From: Candidatus Zixiibacteriota bacterium
GTDB taxonomy: Bacteria; Zixibacteria; MSB-5A5; GN15; FEB-12
Assembly: GCA_041742355.1 (NCBI GenBank)
Contig: JBGSIV010000277.1
Location: 1 to 18,528, forward strand
Direction of reading: 5' to 3'
DNA length: 18,528 bases
Part shown: one piece after another, positions 16,787 to 18,528 of the stretch
Layout of the letters: each line of letters starts with the position of its first letter
Position numbering within the stretch: position 1 is the stretch's first letter
Program-made: the position numbers and the translations under genes
Notes under the pieces: generated by a model
What the model saw: only the letters and a program-made list of their open reading frames with translations
The model's database searches: none
What the model was told of the DNA's origin: nothing

Positions 16787-17959
16787 TCAGAACAGCGGCG
16801 TGATCTCCATCTGCAGCGGGAGGGTCGTCACCTCGCCGCCGTCGTAGCCGATCAGCATGTCGATTTCGGTCCGGAAACCGCAATCATCCATGTATATCCC
16901 CGGCTCGATCGAGAAGAGGTGCCCCTTGCGCAGTTTGCGGCCGTCTTCCGTCTCGAGGTTGTCGATATTCGGCCCGGGACCGTGCTCCGAGCTAGTGATC
17001 GAATGCCCCGTGCGGTGGGTGAAGTACTTGCCGTAGCCGGCCTGCTCGATGACCGCTCGGCAAGCGTCGTCGACATCCGCCCCGCGCACCGGTTTGGTTT
17101 CGATATTGCGCCGCACGAACTCGACCGCCGCATCGCGCGCCGTGGTGAGGACCGTGAAGATCTCCCGGTACTTCGACGGAATCTCCTCCTTGGTTCCGGC
17201 AAACCCCATCCAGGTGATATCGCCGTAAACCGCGTCCGGCCGTTTGAGTTTCGCCCACAGGTCGAGGAGGATCAGTTGCCCCCGCTTGATCTGGGCCGGT
17301 TGGCCGGCGGCGGGGTCGTAGTGGGGATTGCCGGCGTTGCCGTCGACCGCGCAAATCGGGTCGCTGCTGCTGGTCATTTCAAACTCGTCGAAGAGCCGCA
17401 CTATGTACTGCACAACATCCAGTTCCGTAAACGTCGCGCCGGCCCCAAGCTGGCTTCGGATGAAGGCAAACGCTTTGTTCTTGATCTCGATCAGGTTGTG
17501 GGCCGCCATGCGGTGGGTGGCGATCTGCTCGACATTGAGCGCCGCCTGGAAGTGGGCCACGAGGTTGCCGGACGAAATCACCTCGACCCCGAGGTCGCGC
17601 ACCAGTTCGATCGTGCCGGCATCGACCAGCCCGATATACGGCAGCCGCCCCTTGGGGGCGTACTCCATCGCCACCCGGTTCACCCCGATGAGCACCTTGC
17701 CCAGCTCCTTTTCCAACAGCTTGTAGCTGGAAAACGTGACCTTGCGGCCGGGCACGTGGGTGAACTTGTCCTGTTCGATCGCGTGCACCAGCGCCACCGG
17801 CTCGCCGAACGCCGGGATGAAGAAGAATGAGCGCCGCGTGATCATGCCGCTGATGCCGAGCAGATTCATTGCCACCGTGTTGCGGCCGTGAAAGTCGGCC
17901 AGCAACCAGCCATCGAGCTCGTGATTGCTCAGGTAAGTTTGTATCGCTTCGATATCCAT
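16787..17959 (-). CDS. M24 family metallopeptidase (Xaa-Pro peptidase-like)
   Basis: NPHY, LLDLW, YGDITW, FTHRTGHSI, FSIEPGIY and RTEID metal-binding motifs. Confidence 0.93.
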   Translation of the reverse strand: MDIEAIQTYLSNHELDGWLLADFHGRNTVAMNLLGISGMITRRSFFFIPAFGEPVALVHAIEQDKFTHVPGRKVTFSSYKLLEKELGKVLIGVNRVAMEYAPKGRLPYIGLVDAGTIELVRDLGVEVISSGNLVAHFQAALNVEQIATHRMAAHNLIEIKNKAFAFIRSQLGAGATFTELDVVQYIVRLFDEFEMTSSSDPICAVDGNAGNPHYDPAAGQPAQIKRGQLILLDLWAKLKRPDAVYGDITWMGFAGTKEEIPSKYREIFTVLTTARDAAVEFVRRNIETKPVRGADVDDACRAVIEQAGYGKYFTHRTGHSITSSEHGPGPNIDNLETEDGRKLRKGHLFSIEPGIYMDDCGFRTEIDMLIGYDGGEVTTLPLQMEITPLF

Positions 17960-18058
17960 GGTCGGACCTTTTAGAGGAGAGTACGGGTTACTGCCCCCAA
18001 GTATAAGCGTCCGGCGGCGACTTTGTCGACCACTATTTCACGCGTGGCCGGCGGCAGC

Positions 18059-18087
18059 TTGACAGCGACGTCGCCGGCGGCTACCTT
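18059..18087 (+). promoter_or_regulatory. Sigma70-type promoter, nearly leaderless transcript
   Basis: TTGACA-N17-TACCTT ending 9 nt before the GTG at 18097; no RBS visible. Confidence 0.6.
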
Positions 18088-18096
18088 CCCGACATC

Positions 18097-18528
18097 GTGA
18101 ATCCGCTCACATGCAACACGCCGCCGCACCTGGTGATCACGGGCGCCCCCGCCTCCGGCAAGACGGTCTTCTTCGAACGGTTGCGGCTGGTCCCCGACCT
18201 GCAGGGCTTTCTCTTCTTCGAAGAACTGGCCCGGCAGCTCCTTATGGAGGATCCCGGCTATCGCAACCGCTGGTCCGAGTTTCACCGGGAGATTTACCGC
18301 CGCCAGACCGACCGTGAAACACGCGCCGGGAACCGCCCGTTCATCACCGACCGCGGCACGGCCGATGCTTTTGCGTTTCATCCCGAGACTGTTGCCGATG
18401 TCGGCACCACCCTTGCCGCCGAGCACGCCCGCTATACGGCGGTTGTGCAGCTCGGATCCTCGGCTGCCCTCGGGCCCGATTTCTACCCGCAGGACGATAT
18501 CCGGATCGAACGGATCGAGCAGGTTCTC
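18097..18528 (+). CDS. Partial P-loop ATPase/kinase (AAA_28, NadR/Ttd14-like), truncated by the window edge
   Basis: Manual translation: LVITGAPASGKT...FFEELARQLL...FITDRGTADAFAF; open to the window end. Confidence 0.8.
   Translation, partial: MNPLTCNTPPHLVITGAPASGKTVFFERLRLVPDLQGFLFFEELARQLLMEDPGYRNRWSEFHREIYRRQTDRETRAGNRPFITDRGTADAFAFHPETVADVGTTLAAEHARYTAVVQLGSSAALGPDFYPQDDIRIERIEQVL

Noticed and set aside
153..17830. Many long alternative-frame or antisense ORFs (e.g. 153-1013, 1311-2342, 2539-3591, 4360-5550, 9427-10722, 11084-11998, 12772-13689, 16919-17830)
   Set aside because: They overlap well-supported genes and have no recognisable motifs; typical shadow ORFs of GC-rich DNA.
17971..18426. 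151-aa minus-strand ORF
   Set aside because: Antisense to the plus-strand P-loop gene, which has clear Walker A and DRG motifs.

Overview
GC-rich bacterial chromosomal window with three parts. (1) The conserved origin-proximal housekeeping cluster on the minus strand: rpmH-rnpA-yidD-yidC-mnmE-mnmG. It carries a perfect parS palindrome, and the mnmE start codon is out of frame across an A11 tract. (2) Divergent from rpmH, where dnaA commonly lies, a KaiA-less clock-like operon: kaiC (Ser-Ser phosphosite, C-terminal coiled coil), kaiB, kaiB, PAS histidine kinase and a stand-alone receiver. Next to it is an anaerobic electron-transfer block: a triheme c'-like cytochrome with an FNR-type promoter, an unannotated 41-aa membrane peptide, an octaheme cytochrome c, a Tat-exported 4Fe-4S protein and an NrfD-family membrane protein. 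(3) DUF1761-like, NUDIX, M24 peptidase and a partial P-loop ATPase gene. Clusters of GTAG-type REP-like palindromes occupy three intergenic regions. All family calls come from motif recognition by eye, not database searches.
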